Shown: positions 27,041 to 41,315, numbered from the stretch's first letter. The stretch is DNA of 64,000 nt from Felis catus (GCF_018350175.1 NC_058368.1:80106001-80170000), one strand, 5' to 3'. Notes: generated by a model from the letters alone, not told the origin. A program made the numbers and translations.

Positions 27041-28927
27041 TTTAAATGGGAATCTGTCTTTGAGGATTTGTGGGATTGGACAATGCAGATCGAAAGGGAT
27101 TTTTAACAACCAACCCAGTACTTGGGGAAACATGTGCAGGTTTCTCTTGCCCCCTAAGTGGTGGGTAGTGATAATTCCCCCACAGGCAGGTGCCCCAGAG
27201 TTCCTGTGTGTCAGGAATTACCAGGGTGAGCTCTCTGCTTGGACAGGCTCCCAGGACAATGGGATTTAGCCAGCAAGAAGCCCTAGAAAAGAGAATCATT
27301 TAATTTTTTCTGGAACGTGCCTTCACGTCACTGGTTCGCTAGCAAATCATCAGACACACTCACCCCCTTAATGATCTCCAAAAGATAAAGACTAAACATT
27401 TTATAATTAAATTCCATGAAACTCTAAAATTAAGCCATTCAAGTTTTTAATGGAAATGACAAGGTTGACCTTTTTATCCTGAAAGGAAAGAATTAAACAG
27501 GGTTTCCAATCCCTAATGATAAAATAAAATCAACACTGATATTTAAATGGTTGCTGCTTCTTAATTACGGATGCCAAAGATTTGCCACCCATCATGTTTT
27601 TAAACTGTTGGACAGGTCAGACTGTAGGCACAGCGAGATTTTAGGGAAAAGTTAAGTATGCAGATGTCCTGTGATCCGATTGCGTGTTTTGGCCGGGGCA
27701 CTGCACTCTCTTGTGAGAGCCCGGGTTCCTGGGTCATGACTAATATGGGCTTCTTCACAGCCTTACCATCCTTGGTCATAACGTTGCTCAGGCCGGAGCC
27801 CAGGCTGCCAAGACCACAGGGCAGCCTTGTTAATGTTACATGACAGGCGGAGACTTTTTGGAAAACGTCTTCTGGTCCCCTGTTTATACACCCCCATTGA
27901 TATTCGTCTGAAGATCATTTTACAGTCCATTTACTTACAGCTGCATCACAAGAGTCTTGGGCTGCTGCTAACAGGGCTTCTGCCAAGTACAGCTGTAACA
28001 GGGAGGTGCCCCGTGCTGCCCCGGAACCTGAGACACCCTGTTGGCATCATCAGCCGCCACCCCGTGTCCCTGGCCTGCGCCCCTGTCATCTGAACGCTCA
28101 AGTCACCAATATCAATGGGCTTGACTGGGGGGGAGTGGGGGGAACCTATTAGAAGAGAACTTTGCAGAATGAATTTCTCATTTCCTGTTTCATTTGATGA
28201 TGGATGCGTATTTTTATAGTAGTAGACTGGTGAACTGTTTTTTCGCTTTTTTAGAACACTGTAGGTGGCATTGGAAGAGCAGCCTTGGAAGAGCAGACAT
28301 TTGGGGAATAAATCAAAAGTGGAAATACGGTCTCCGAACGGGACCGCCCCTTGCAAAGCATGTTGCTGAAGCAGCGGTCGACCATGTGACCTGAGCCCCA
28401 AACTAATTATACCAACTCCACGTCCTTTGTGGACATAGAGGAGAGACCAGCTCTGAGCTTGGGGGCCGAGGACACTAGTTAGAATAAGACTTTTACACCG
28501 TGTTTTCAGATTCATAGATTTATCTCTTCTTTTGAGTCCTGCAAAAGATTTTCTAAAGCCACATTTTAACAGCCCTCTAATTTGAAAAGATGGGCTGCTA
28601 TTTGCTGAAAGCAGCCTTGTTGGACACCCTGGGAAACATCCAACAAGTGCAGGCGCCCCCAGGCCATACGTGTTCTGAGGGCTTTGATGTTATTTTTAGA
28701 AATGTGCACAAATCTGAGCCAAAAACCAGCTTTCTTCTTTCGCTCCTGCTTCCTTTTCTTGTCCCTTCTCCGTCTTGGCTGTTTCCATTAATATTTGTAT
28801 TTCCTGCTTTAGGGCAAAAAAAAAAAGGCAAAGTGTGAAGTGTATTTACTTAAGTGCAATTAAAAATAATAAAATGCCTATCTGCTATGAGGAAAAACTC
28901 AACCAGCCTATTAAAATAATAGCAGCT

Positions 28928-29137
28928 AGGGCACCTGGGTGGCTCAGTTGGTTAAGCATCTGACTTCCGCTCAGGTCATGATCTCACGGTCCGTGGGCTT
29001 GAGCCCCGAGTCGCGCTCTGTGCTGACAGCTCAGAGCCTGGAGCCTGCTTCGGATTCTGTGCCTCCTCCTCTCTCTGTCCCTCCCCCACTGTCTCTCTCT
29101 CTCTCTGTAAAATATAAATAAAACATTTAAAAATTTT
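28928..29137 (+). mobile_element. Can-SINE
   Basis: TSD aaataatagcagc/aaataacagcagc. Confidence 0.96.
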
Positions 29138-29939
29138 TAAATAACAGCAGCAAATATAAGTCAACAAAGGATGAGAGATACAATTTAGGGCCATCATTGA
29201 CCTAAGGAACGGAGTAAGACAAGTGCCATCCACTTGGTATCATACCAGCTGCATCTAGCCCAGAGGCAGGTCAGAGTGGAAAGTCATCCAGCCGCCTGTG
29301 AGACCACCAACCAAATTAATTTAGACTGATTTTTAAAAAGTCACTTTATTTGGTCCAAACCCATTTAAAAAGCTTGTTTTTTATCTTCTCCCTTGACCGT
29401 CTAACCATATTTGTCTTGGCTTGCTTGGGCCATTTTATCGAGAGATCAACCACAAACTCCTGCCAGTTTTTAGTCATGAGAACCTTCTTCGTTGGCAGGA
29501 AAATCAAGAGGACACACAGGTTGTAAAGCAGCCACCGTACACAGGTGTTCCAGTAGCTCCTGTGAAGGACGTTTAAGGTACAAGTGGGAGGAAAGAGAAG
29601 TAGGAGAGGGAAGCCGTGGACATCACACGTGCCTAGCCAGCCGCTCGACTCCCCGGGTCCCCACGAAACACTCACTTCATAGACCTTGAGTCTGAGGTTA
29701 AACCACTTGCCCACAGTCACCCAGGCAGAAAATGGGTTCTTCCTGGACACACATCCTCAAGCCTGTGAGGCTGGAAACCTTGCTGAGGAGCTCCCAGTCC
29801 AAAAACAATCCAAAGGCCCTGCCAGACGTGTCCCAGATCAGGGACAGATTAATGCTGCCATTTGGGGCAAATCTGAAACATCCCGTCCCAGCCACTCTGG
29901 GAGGGAAATAATCTAGCTTTACCCATAATGGGGCTTTAA

Positions 29940-30158
29940 AATTTTTTTTAATGTTTATTTATTTTTGAGAGAGACAGAGACAGGCAGAGCATGAGCAGGG
30001 GAGGGGCAGAGAAAGAGGGAGACACAGAATCTGAAGCAGGCTCCAGGCTCCGAGCTATCAGCACAGAGCCTGACGTGGGGCTCAAATTCACAAACATGAC
30101 CTGATCATGACCTGAGCTGAAGTCAGACGCTCAACCGGCTGAGCCACCCAGGCGCCCC
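29940..30158 (-). mobile_element. Can-SINE
   Basis: Antisense; TSD cataatggg; internal catgacctga duplication. Confidence 0.96.
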
Positions 30159-31120
30159 CATAATGGGTTCTAAGTGGTTCTGTGAGTTTGGTTGGCCCCA
30201 GACCTGCAGTCTTGCCTATCTGACCCATTTGACTTCTTTTCTTTTCCACAAATAACAAGGGTTGGTCCCAGCCTAGGGCTTGTGAAACCTTCCCTTCTCC
30301 AGATGCCCGCCATTCCTCAGGCGACACAATCCACTTTTGTGTAATATATGAAAATATTGGAACTTTGGGGAAATGGCTTAAGTTTGGAGGGATTGGTTGT
30401 GAAAATGTTTGAAAATGTAAATTCCCACACAACTCTCCTAATTTATTTTAATCTAGTTATATTTGCGGTCCATGGTCTTCCTTCCAGGAAGATGGGAGAC
30501 CACCTGCCCCCTTCGGAGGGAACAGCACTGCTTCAAGGCTGAGACAGGAGGATTTGAATGAGGCTGGCTTCGGTCACAGCTTCTGTCATTTGATAATTGT
30601 ACAAGTTCCTTCTGTAAGATGCTTGATTAAAATTCTTGATGACTTTGGTAATCGCCACAAGGCTAGGAGAATCTAATGTTCTTGAATTTGTTCCATATTC
30701 ATAATATATCCAATAACCATGTGTAGTAACCAGACAAATTCTCCCAAACACACACCAGCTGCGTTTCTAACCTCTCCCAGGGTTCACGCACCGGCTGTTC
30801 CTACAGCCTCGTGGACCGGCCAGCCGGGGTGGTGACTTCCATTTTCATTCATTCATATAGTGCATGTTCATTACATAACCTAATCGTCCATACACACTTG
30901 GTGTGTGTGACCAACTTGTAGGAGCAGCATAGGTGGGAAAGTTCTGAGCTGACAAGATGTTGCAATAAGATGTTAGATGTTTTCTGGACGTTAATTCATT
31001 CTGTGGCTTTTGAAACTTTGGTCAAAAGGAAATTTCTGTCCCTCTCCTGCTGATAACTGGACAAAATGGGGCTCAAGGCAGCTTTTCTAGCCCAAAGTCG
31101 ATTACAAAACAATGAAAGTA

Positions 31121-31326
31121 GGGGTGTCTGGGTGACTCAGTCAGTTAAGTGTCCGACTCTTGATCTCAGCTCAAGTCATGATTTCATGGTTCGTGGGTTC
31201 AAACCCCACGTCAGGCTCTGTACCGACTGCACAGAACCTGCTTGGGATTCTCTCTCTGTCTCTCTCTCCGCCCTCCCCCACTCACTCATGCACTCTCTCT
31301 CTCAAAATAAATAAAACTTAAAAAAA
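31121..31326 (+). mobile_element. Can-SINE
   Basis: TSD aaaacaatga. Confidence 0.95.
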
Positions 31327-32695
31327 AAACAATGACACTAAGAAAAGTATCATTTCATTCGTATTCAAACATACATTCAAAATTATAACCAAAACGCAGA
31401 AAACCCCAGTGTTTTACTAGCTTTACTAACTTGATTTCTGAGTCCTTGAATGTGATCCTTATTTATCAATGCTTATGTCAAAAACACACAAAAATACCAG
31501 CATGCTTACCATTATGACCTCTTATATCACCTCCCAAAGAGGGAAAATATGGTTACCTCTGAGCCTGCACTAAACGACTCTTGACCGATTAGATTAAAGA
31601 AAAAACCCTGATTCTGCTTCAGTAAGTAAGAGAAAAGAGCTATTCAGAAAATGAAGTGTTTCAGATGATTGACCTAGATCTCTGCCTCCTGTAGGGACTC
31701 TCACGTTCAAGTGCACACACTCGGAGTCGCTCCCTGAAGCCTGAGGGGTTCACCACTTTTGGCCAGCATTCCATTTGGGAAGTTTTCGAAGAGAACTATT
31801 TAAGAGGAAAAACATACTCTCACAAATAAACTTATATTTAAAAAAAAAAAAAAAAAGATGTAGCTCTTGGGACTTCCAACGCCTCTTAACAGAAGACATC
31901 TGGTGCACTTCCTGAATTTTTCTGAGACCTTGAGAGCACGCCCACACATTTCCAACTTCTTTCCTAACCATTGGGTTGGTTTAGCACAGCTCCATTTTGT
32001 AACGGACTGTTCCGTCCATGGTTGTTTGGTTTTGCCTTTTATTATAAATTTGCATCCATCCGTGTATCCCATCATCACAGTCCTGACCACCTCCTGTGAG
32101 TCGGGGAGGCAGAGACGCGGAGAACGAGTTCACAGGTAAAAGCGTCATCAAACTACGACCCAGTGTGTCACGAGGGCGGGTTTGGTGCCGTTTACTGTCG
32201 GTTTGGGCTCTGCTCAGAGGAGCCAAACCAACAACTCATTTTAGCGTGGTCCGTGTCCTTTAAAATGAAGAACAGAGGGAACGAAAGTAACACGAAGGGT
32301 GGCCTACGCCATTTCGCGAAGGTGTTTGCCGTGGAGACTCGAGGGGACCTGACTGGATGTGTGGAGAAGAGACACTGGGGTTTTGCTGCACACCGGCCCG
32401 GCCGTGGGAACTAAAGCAAACAAAACCTATTTTTAAAAAAGCTTCTTCAAAGTCCACATTTTGTGTTAGGAAAACGCTCAGCTCTGTTACTTTCCAAGCA
32501 GCCCTGGTTCAGAGCAGGCTGGACCCTGACTCCTCACCTCACTGACCTGCAGGTGGTTGGCTCAGCTTATAGCCTCTTGGCCTGAAAGCTCATAAACTGT
32601 GTCTCTGTGAATCGGTTAGCGTGCAAAGCAAAAAAGCGTAAGGTAGCAAATCATATGATAATGAGGTATTTCGGTTTCTCTTATTTAATTGCTTT

Positions 32696-32920
32696 ATTAA
32701 TTTTTTTATTTTTTTTAAATGTGTATTTATTTCTGAGACAGAGGGAGACAGAGGGCGAATGGGGGAGGGGCAGAGAGAGAGGGAGACACAGAATCCGAAG
32801 CAGGCTCCAGGCTCTGAGCTGTCAGCACAGCGCCCGACACGGGGCTCGAACTCACAGACCGCGAGATCAGGACCTGAGCCAAAGTCGGACGCTCAACCGA
32901 CTGAGCCACCCAGGCGCCCC
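32696..32920 (-). mobile_element. Can-SINE (SINEC_Fc type), young
   Basis: CpG-rich near-consensus copy; perfect TSD tttaattgcttt (32684-32695, 32921-32932). Confidence 0.97.
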
Positions 32921-33676
32921 TTTAATTGCTTTTTTAAAGGAAACTTGCTGGGTCAGTGGAGCACTTCCAACCCGACACGAATCTGAAGGTTCTACCCTTG
33001 CTATAAAGTGGAATACTCATAAAGCCCCGTATGTTTTCATCCTTCACGTATGTGACCAGCATGCGTGCCAGACTGTGGGGAGGTGGGAGACGCAGATTCA
33101 GAGGCATGGCGCCCCCCCCCCAGGGGAGAGGGCAGGACGCTCTCCTAGCAGGGAAGCGGGGTGCGGGCCACGGGGCAGGCGCTGCTGGTTGACATCACAC
33201 GGCCAGGCCAGGGGTTGAGAAGAGAAAGGGGGACGGCTGGCAGGCAGTGGGGACTGGAGGAATTATAAAACTCCTATAAAATCCCAATGCAGCAGATCAT
33301 TTCAGAGACCAAACAGGTGGGCTGTGCTTCGAAAACGGTCTTTGCTCAGAGAGCCAGCAGGGGATTGACACGGGCAGGTGCCCCTGGGATGCTCGGGATG
33401 GCGGGACGGTGATGGAGCCTCTCAAGTACCCGGGACTATGGACGCCTGGGGTCTCATGCGTGGGGGGAGATGCCCGTGAGGTGGTGCCAGGGGGATCCCC
33501 ACCCCTCCACCCTGCCCAACCCGTGTGCCACAGTCCCAGCCCAGCGCTCAGAGGCAGCAGCGGTGGCTGGAGAAGTTCACTAGGTCCAGTTGAATTAATT
33601 TAGACCATTTGAAATGACCTCACTTTTCCCCTTGGTTTTTGGTTTCTGGAGGTTTTTTTAGGAGGGGAGACTTACA

Positions 33677-33895
33677 GGGGTGCCAAGGTGGCTCAGTCGG
33701 TTAAGCATCTGACTTCGGCTCAGGTCATGTTCTTACAGTCCGTGAGTTCAAGCCCTGCGTCAGGCTCTGTGCTGACAGCTCAGAGCCTGGAGCCTGCTTC
33801 AGATTCTGGGTCTCCCTCTCTCTCTGCCCCTCCCCTGCTCATGCTCTCTCTCTGTGTCTCAAAAATAAATGAATGTTAAAATTTAAACAAAAAGA
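33677..33895 (+). mobile_element. Can-SINE
   Basis: TSD ggagactta. Confidence 0.96.
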
Positions 33896-35416
33896 GAGAG
33901 GAGACTTAAAGTTAGCGGATGTTCACGCCGATCAGTGTGTCCCTTGGAGACCTTCCCAGGAGCAAGCAGGTGCCAGCTTGTGGTCCTGGGCATGGAAGGG
34001 CGAGCAGAAAAGCCGCTAAAGAAATGGAAGCCCGTTCTTGATGGGAAATCATTTTCCAGTGAATCACTATCAGAGGGAAAAGCCATGCCAGCCTCTGCCT
34101 CCTGAATTCCTTCCTGGTGCATCAGATGGAGGTGTCCCAGAAAGCGCTACTGTTTTGCTTGACAAGGAGGAATCTTGTGGCTCAAAGAAATCACTGCCGA
34201 ACTGAGCGGCCGTTGCCCATAAATCCCCGATGGGAAGCAGATAGTGAGTGTCATTCGTAACCAGCAACGCGTCTAAATCAGAGAAACGCACGAGAGGCTG
34301 CACCAGTGAGGACATGGCCTCCTTCGTCCGTGCACAAGTAGGGACGAGGGGCGACGTCTCGTGGTCCGTATCTCCTGTTTGCTCGTGTGTTCTTCTTTCT
34401 GTATTTTCTGCGGACGTTCTTCTTCCCCTCCGCTGCGTTTAGGATTGGAACCCACTGGAGGGTCAGCGACCCAGACTGGCGGAGAGGAAACCCCTGACCT
34501 TCACGGTGTTACCCCGACCTGTGGCCCACCACGTGCAGAACAGGACCAACCGACAAGGCCGTGACCGTGACGGACAACAACACGGCCACATGCAGCACAG
34601 AAGGGAACATCTTCCCAAGACTGAAGGGCAGGGCTTTCTGGGGGGAAGCTCACAAGGATGCTGGGCTCCAGCCGTGTGATGGATGAACTCTGCCATGTTT
34701 TTTCCAGCTCCCACAGACAGCAGGAACCATGCGTGCCGATCGGCCCGCCTCCAGGTCTGTGTTCCGAGCCTCCCCGTCGCGGCTCCCTGTCTTTTCGGTG
34801 AACCGTGTGCATCTTGTCTCGGGCCACACGGTCTTCGAAGGAGCACATCAGCAGTGAGCATGTGCCTTGGAGGGGTGGCTGTGTGGCGTGGTCGCCTCCC
34901 ATTTTGTGGATGAAAATTGCTATTTCTTTTCCCGGCAAATGGCTTTGAGAAGAACGAGCATTCTAGAGGTTGTTTCTGCCCCTGTCAGGAGGACAGCACA
35001 TAGCTGAGTCACTTCTCTGGAATGGGTGTTAATGTCATTTGGTTTCCTCCCGCCCAGGACCCCGGGTTTCATGTCTGTACAAATGAGCCATCCATTATCT
35101 TTCCACCAGACTGAAAAAAGATCAATTTCTCGTGGTTTGTTGTTCTTTTTTTAATTGCGGATGTGTGTTCAGTGTTGATCCAAATAGCCACTCTAGACCG
35201 GGGAGTCTTCGGAGGGAAGTCCAGGATGTCCAGATAGCCATCTGCTGTGTCAGACACGACTGTGCTTGCCAGCCCTTTGTTAGCGGGATTTAACCCTGAT
35301 GGCGGACATGGACCTTCAGCTCACACATCCACTCTGTGGCCGAGGACAGTTGCCGTCATCACGTGCCTCTGCTCAGCAGTTCCAGAATCTCCACCAGTGC
35401 ACGAGATGTTATTATT

Positions 35417-35445
35417 TTTTAATGTTTTAATGTTTATTTATTTCT

Positions 35446-35488
<43 letters not shown>

Positions 35489-35655
35489 CAAGCAGGAGAG
35501 GGGCAGAGAGAGAGAAGGAGACACAGACTCCGAAGCAGGCTCCGGGCTCTGAGCTGTCAGCACGGAGCCCGACGTGGGGCTCGAACCTAAAAACCGTGAG
35601 ATTGTGACCTGAGCCAAAGTCAGATGCTTAACCGACTGAGCCACCCAGGGGCCCC
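35417..35655 (-). mobile_element. Can-SINE with long (GA)n
   Basis: TSD agatgttattatt/agatgtcattatt. Confidence 0.96.
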
Positions 35656-36380
35656 TAGATGTCATTATTGATAATATCTTTGCAACAAATACTCTGTGGA
35701 ACCATTTCCAAAATGTTAGACACTTTTAAAGATGTAAATAAGGAGACTGAACTTTGATCTGGTTTCACTATCTGCCACGTAACCTCCCCCAGCACCAAAC
35801 TTCAAGGGCAACGTGGAGTGTGCAAAATTAATGAACTAGAATATGGCCGCCACTCACCACGACCTAGCCACGTTACCGGGTCCAGACCACTTGGGCCCCA
35901 AGTTAGATAGCGCTATGTCCTTCTCTAGGAGTTGTTCCCAAGCTTACAATTCCACGTGTCCGTAAGTAAATCTATGTTTAGATGTCCTAATGTGCTTCTG
36001 ACATCCTGGGGGTTCTTCGAGCTCTCTGCACAAATCTGTAACTCGGTCATTGCTGGACCACCAGCATCTGCCCCTGCTGGGACAGAATTCCTGTTGGAAT
36101 TCTGCCCCACATGGCTGGGGACTGTGGACGCCCTGCACTCCCGATGCAGACGATCGGGGCCCCTGCCAGCGTCTTCTACATGCCTCTTCTGGGGGTTCCT
36201 TCTATGTCTGCTCTTGGAAACAGCTCCCATTCTCTGCCCCGTAACATCTCTGCCACATCCAATTAGAAGCCACTTTCACACTTTTTTTACTGTGTTCCCA
36301 ACCAAGTAGCTGCCAGTTCTGACATGGTCTCCTCCCTCCCTCCAGGGGAGTCTCGCCTCCCCTTAGAAACGGCTCTGGCG

Positions 36381-36571
36381 GGGGCACCAGGGTGGCTCAG
36401 TCAGTTAAGCATCTGACTCCTGATCTCGGCTCAGGTCATGATCTCACAGTTCACGGGTTCGAGCCCAACGTCAGGCTCTGTGCTGATGGTGTGGAGCCTG
36501 CTTGGGATTCTCTCCCTCCCTCTCTGTCTCTCTCTCAAATAAACATTTTTAAAAACCTTAAAACAAGAAAA
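36381..36571 (+). mobile_element. Can-SINE
   Basis: Degenerate TSD agaaacggctctggc/agaaatggcactagc. Confidence 0.94.
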
Positions 36572-37805
36572 AGAAATGGCACTAGCAGTACGTGGCCCTG
36601 TTTCCTGTCTCGGGCTCTGCTTTGTCCCGACGGGCCTCTCCCCGAGGAACTTATTCTTGCCAGAGGTGATTTTCCAGCAAGTTCCGTGTATCTGAAAGCT
36701 TACTCTCACAGATCCAGCGTACCCTTCGTTCAGGAAATACTTAGCGATCCAATCTTCTTACCATAAAAACCTCCTCAACCGTTGAGAAGTCTGCTAACAT
36801 GGTCTTCCCCCAACAGCTAGTATGCATGGGTGCCAGAGAGTGTGCAGTCATGGGATGCGTCCAGCTGCCCCCCTCCCTGTGTCCTGATGTCTCAGCCTGC
36901 AGCCCCCGCCCCCCCGCATACCTCTTGACCAGAGTTGCTAAAAAGTAACAGAAGTGACTTGGAGTTTCACCTTCTCTTTCTGCCCCGGTCACTTTCTAGC
37001 AGGAGGCGGATTAATGAGCCGTGAAATGGCGGCAATTGAGCAGCGTTGGGTTAAAGCAGAGAAGCAGGTTCTCAGATAATCTCCCAGGGAGGTGACTGGC
37101 TCTGTTCTGTTGGGTCTGCGCGAACCCCAGGCGTACATCTGTTTGGCTTTGTCACTTTGGCCATTGCTTTTGGCTTTGTTGTAGCCTCGTGAAGATCAGT
37201 GAAACAGATGATTCAGGGTCCCAAGTCATGTCCGTTACTCAAGGGGTGTTCGTAGGTGCCTCGACATTGTCTTCTAGGCACGTCCCACAAAGCTGGGCAC
37301 GAATCCGTCCTCGGAGCCAATATGGGAACAGTACCTGCCCCGTAGAGGTGCCATGGGGATTAAATCCGTTTGCTGGTGGAAAGTTTTCCGCACCATGAAC
37401 GCTCCACTCTAGAAATGTTGGTTGCACTTATTACTTTGCTGTCTCCCGGAACTCTGCGCTGGGTCTGGGTCTAACGGGTCCTCTGCTATTTCTGTGTACT
37501 TAGAACACATTCCTTTGGGCAAGTCAAAAGGGAAGGGAAGTACAAGATAATTAATTACTGTTAGTTCAAGTGCCCCGTGAAGAGAAAATCGGAATTTGAT
37601 ACGCTCTTTCGACACCGTTGGAATTCTGCCGTGAACATTTTCATCAGAATTTTTCCCCTGGGAGGTTAGCTCCCCGTGACAACTGAGGGGCCTGCCCTCT
37701 GTCCCACGGAAGGGGGTCATCGTCACCCAGAACAGTCCCAAAATCTTGGACGCGACAAACCTGAAGTCTGAAGTGGGGCGGGGTCTCACTCCCAAAAGCG
37801 CGACT

Positions 37806-37840
37806 GACTGCCACCTAGTGCGAGCCGCGGGAACTGCACC
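37806..37840 (-). promoter_or_regulatory. Candidate CTCF binding site (core plus upstream module)
   Basis: Minus strand GGTGCAGTTCC-CGCGG-CTCGCACTAGGTGGCAG. Confidence 0.6.
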
Positions 37841-39661
37841 GCGTTCCTCTGACAGGCAGTGTAGGAGGAGGCAGTGAGAAGGTGTCTTCTGTTGATACAG
37901 AGTGAAATTTTTATTCTAAAAAGAAACATTCAGCTAGTGTCGAAAAGCTTCCTTTTATAGCTTTTCCCAGACCCCCGTTGGCAAACACCCCTTTTGTCCG
38001 TAACCTCTGCTCCTCCTGAGTTACGGTGGTTGTGCAGAATGGTTCCAGCGTGTTCCGTTTATCGCTAACAGTTGTCCTCAAAACAGCGTGGTTCAAAGAT
38101 TACCAGAAGTAAATCCCTGGGGGCGGGAGTCCTGGCATTCCAAAACCCTGGCCTGGTTTCCTAGGTCTTGATTTCGGCGGCTGATCTTTCTTCATCTGAT
38201 CGCACACAGTTTTGATAAGGCCGGCATCCCTCCCCATGAGTCTGGGTGCTCTGCCTTCGTGATCCACGCTGACGCCTGAAAAGCCCTCTCCCCAACAGTG
38301 CAGAACCAGATTACCTGCCCGGCCGGTAGTCAGTAATTCAGCGGGCTGGAGCAGAGTGAGGGAGGGATCTAAGGCTGTAGGTGACACACTTTGGCATACT
38401 GGGGGACAGAACCAGAGGGCGATAGCCCCCCACAGTCTTACGCACTGGCACTGTGCTTCAAAAGTGCCCCAGAAACCATGAACTCGTTATAATGGTCGTA
38501 AAAGTGGTCTACAAGCAGAAAGCCTTTTCCCAACACCTGTAGGTAAGGGACGTTGGTGTTGGGAACGTCTGTCAGGCCACTTGGCGGGGAGCGTCCCACG
38601 TCACCCCGCACTCAGGAGCCCTGAGGCCTACGCAAGTGACAAACCACCACCTTCAGGGCTGACCCAGCCTTCTAGGGTAGGACAGTGCACACAGTGATGC
38701 TCCCTGTGACCGCGGGGACCTCCGTCAGCCCTGACTTGCTCCGAGCCAAGCTGCTTTTCCACAGCTGGATCTGAACTTAAATGCATAACTGCATCCATTG
38801 TTTGAACTCATCACTTCCAACTTCTCACAAAATGCGCATAAAACATGGTTACTGCTCTTAAAACTTCTAATGACTTACTTTGGGGTACATTAGCCAGGTT
38901 TTCTTTTAAAAGGTGAGCGATGTCTCATTTTGTTAAAGGGAATGAAATCATTATCCTCAGAAAACAAAGTGTTACAAGGGATCAAGAGAACGGCCCCAAA
39001 CTGCATAGCGTTCTGGGAAACAGTCTGCTCTTGGGCTCTGTGGAGACCGGCTCCCTTTGAAATGAGTGGTGGGGGTTTCAAGTCCTCCCAAGGAGACCCC
39101 GGGAGTCTCCAAAGACTGGATATAGGAGCACCGTCAGATCCAAAGCAACCGGAGTGAACCAGTATGGCCCCTGCTGGAGTTTTTTCAATCATTGGAATAA
39201 GGTCACTGACCCTTGGGAGTTTTCTTCTTTAACTCTGGGAAGCAAAAACATTGTAAATGCTGAAAATATGGAAAGTTCCATCCTGACGCATTTTGCTGGG
39301 CTACAGTTCCTGTCCACCTTGGGGAGGGTCACACAGTCCTCTGTGCAGGGGAGTGAGGAAGCAGTCCTTGGGTTGTAAAGTGAGAGGAGGTCTTACATTC
39401 ACTTGACAAACACAAGCATACAGGCCCCTAGAGTCAGCGGAGGGGGTCATCCTGACCATGGCAGGGACACCTGGAGCGTCATCAGAAGGACGCCATGAGG
39501 TGCTCTCGGGCGGAGGGCCAGCAGAACTGTGGGTTAAGACCTCCACCTCCCTGGGCTGTCCCCTCACCTGTCCTGTGTGAGAATTATATTTGTCCCCTGA
39601 CTCCCAAACCTGACTTTGCATCTGAGTTGCTTGGGGACCTTGTTAAAAATATGGATTTCCA

Positions 39662-39871
39662 GGGGCACCTGGGTGGTTCAGTGAGTTAAGCATCCGACTT
39701 CAGCCCAGGTCACGATCTCATGTTTTGTGGGTTCGAGCCCCACTTCGGACTCTGTGCTGACAGTTCGGAGCCTGGAGCCTGCTTCTGATCCTGTGTCTCC
39801 CCCTCTCTCTCTGCCTCTCCCCTGCTCGTGTGCATGCTCTCTCTCTCTCTCAAGAATAAATATTTAAAAAA
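39662..39871 (+). mobile_element. Can-SINE
   Basis: Head with B box gggttcgagccc, (CT)n, tail. Confidence 0.95.
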
Positions 39872-41315
39872 ATCAATATAATGCCAACCTCGAGAATAGT
39901 TTTCTTTCAGGTGACTGTGTTTAGTCTAAAAGCAAGCTAGATAGAACTGTTGGTCCTGCTCCTGGTCCATGCCACCAACATCCAAAAGGCATTCCGCACT
40001 CCTGCCGGCCAGTCGATGACCTCAACAGGGGAGCCAGCATCGGGAGGCCCCACACACGGGTGTCTTCTGCGGCTCCCCTGTGTGCAGGCATCACCCCCAG
40101 GGCTTGTTTGCCAATCACGGGGCCGTGAGAGAAACGCACAGGGTCTGCCGTGAGTCACGTCACACTCGAGCGTGGCCTAGGAGTATGATCTAAGGAGACC
40201 GGCAGAGCCTTGGCACGTGGAAATGAATGGTCTCCACTGAGGCCGTACACGTAGACGGCTGTTTTAGTTACCTGCGGTTGCCTGATTTGGTAACTCCAAA
40301 ATCACCTCGTATTCTGGTTGTCACTTTCTGATACCTAAGTATAGCCAGGAGCCCTTGTATCACTCATAAGGACATGAAGGCCATTTGCTGCGGTTACTCT
40401 GGGCACTAATACTGTTTTCCGTGTAGTCAGAGCTCAGTTAGAGCATTTCCTGCCTACGAGACACCTGTGGTCCCAGAATCTGCTCTTCCAGCCCATTCTT
40501 GGCTGCCGTCTGGGCTCCCCGAGGCCCTCAGTTCATCCACATCCAACTCCATGTCTTCTTGGGGGCCAGGAGGCTTGAGAAACCAAGTCGGTGAGTTAGG
40601 CAAGCAGTCGCGTTCGGGCAAACGAAATGTGTTTATTGCCGCAAGCAGGGGAAGGCTTTCCCAGAAGTTCGGCTTTTCTGACATATGCCAGGCAGCATCA
40701 CATCCAGACTGTAAAAAGCGTGGCCTCACATTGGGGTAAAAGCCATCGAGTGGGACGGCCCATGTGCTGCCTATTTTTAGAAGAAGGAACAGAGTTTGCA
40801 GACGTCCTGCTCCTGTGGGTGGGGACAGGGAGATGACCCATTTCTCCTCTGCTGTAAAATGTGACTCATTTCAGGTAAAACTGTACAGCAGCGTCTTACG
40901 AGTAGAGGTGATGCCTCTGGTGTGTTCTTTCTGAAGACTGTGCATCGTGGAGGCCAGGACCGCCTGGCCTTCTCTTTGGTCCTGACCCACTTCCAGTCCA
41001 GCCACTCGGTGGGCTGAGTGCGGACGGCCCTCCTTTCTGTCCACATCACGCACCACAGACCAGATTCCAGACTGGACTCCAGACCAGCCCTTAGTTTCTG
41101 CAGTTTGGGGTGGTTTTTTTTTTTTTTTTCATCTCCCTGACAGACATTTTTAAAAAACATTTGGCTAAGTGTTTTTTTAATAAGGCGTTTTAAAAGTGTC
41201 CTCTCTTCCCTCTTCCTTTCCGAAATATTAGTGACCTTATAAATTCATTTGTAAGAATGTTCCACAAGGACTTAGTCGTATCCAACAAGCCCATGAGCTT
41301 CAGGCTTCTCTTCTT

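Noticed and set aside
27946..28515. 189-aa minus-strand ORF
   Set aside because: No recognisable domain, splice context or compositional support
32607..33218. 203-aa ORF and the recurring MAQSV.../FLFFLNVYLFLR... ORFs
   Set aside because: Read-through of Can-SINE sequence; the shared peptides reflect repeat homology, not a gene family
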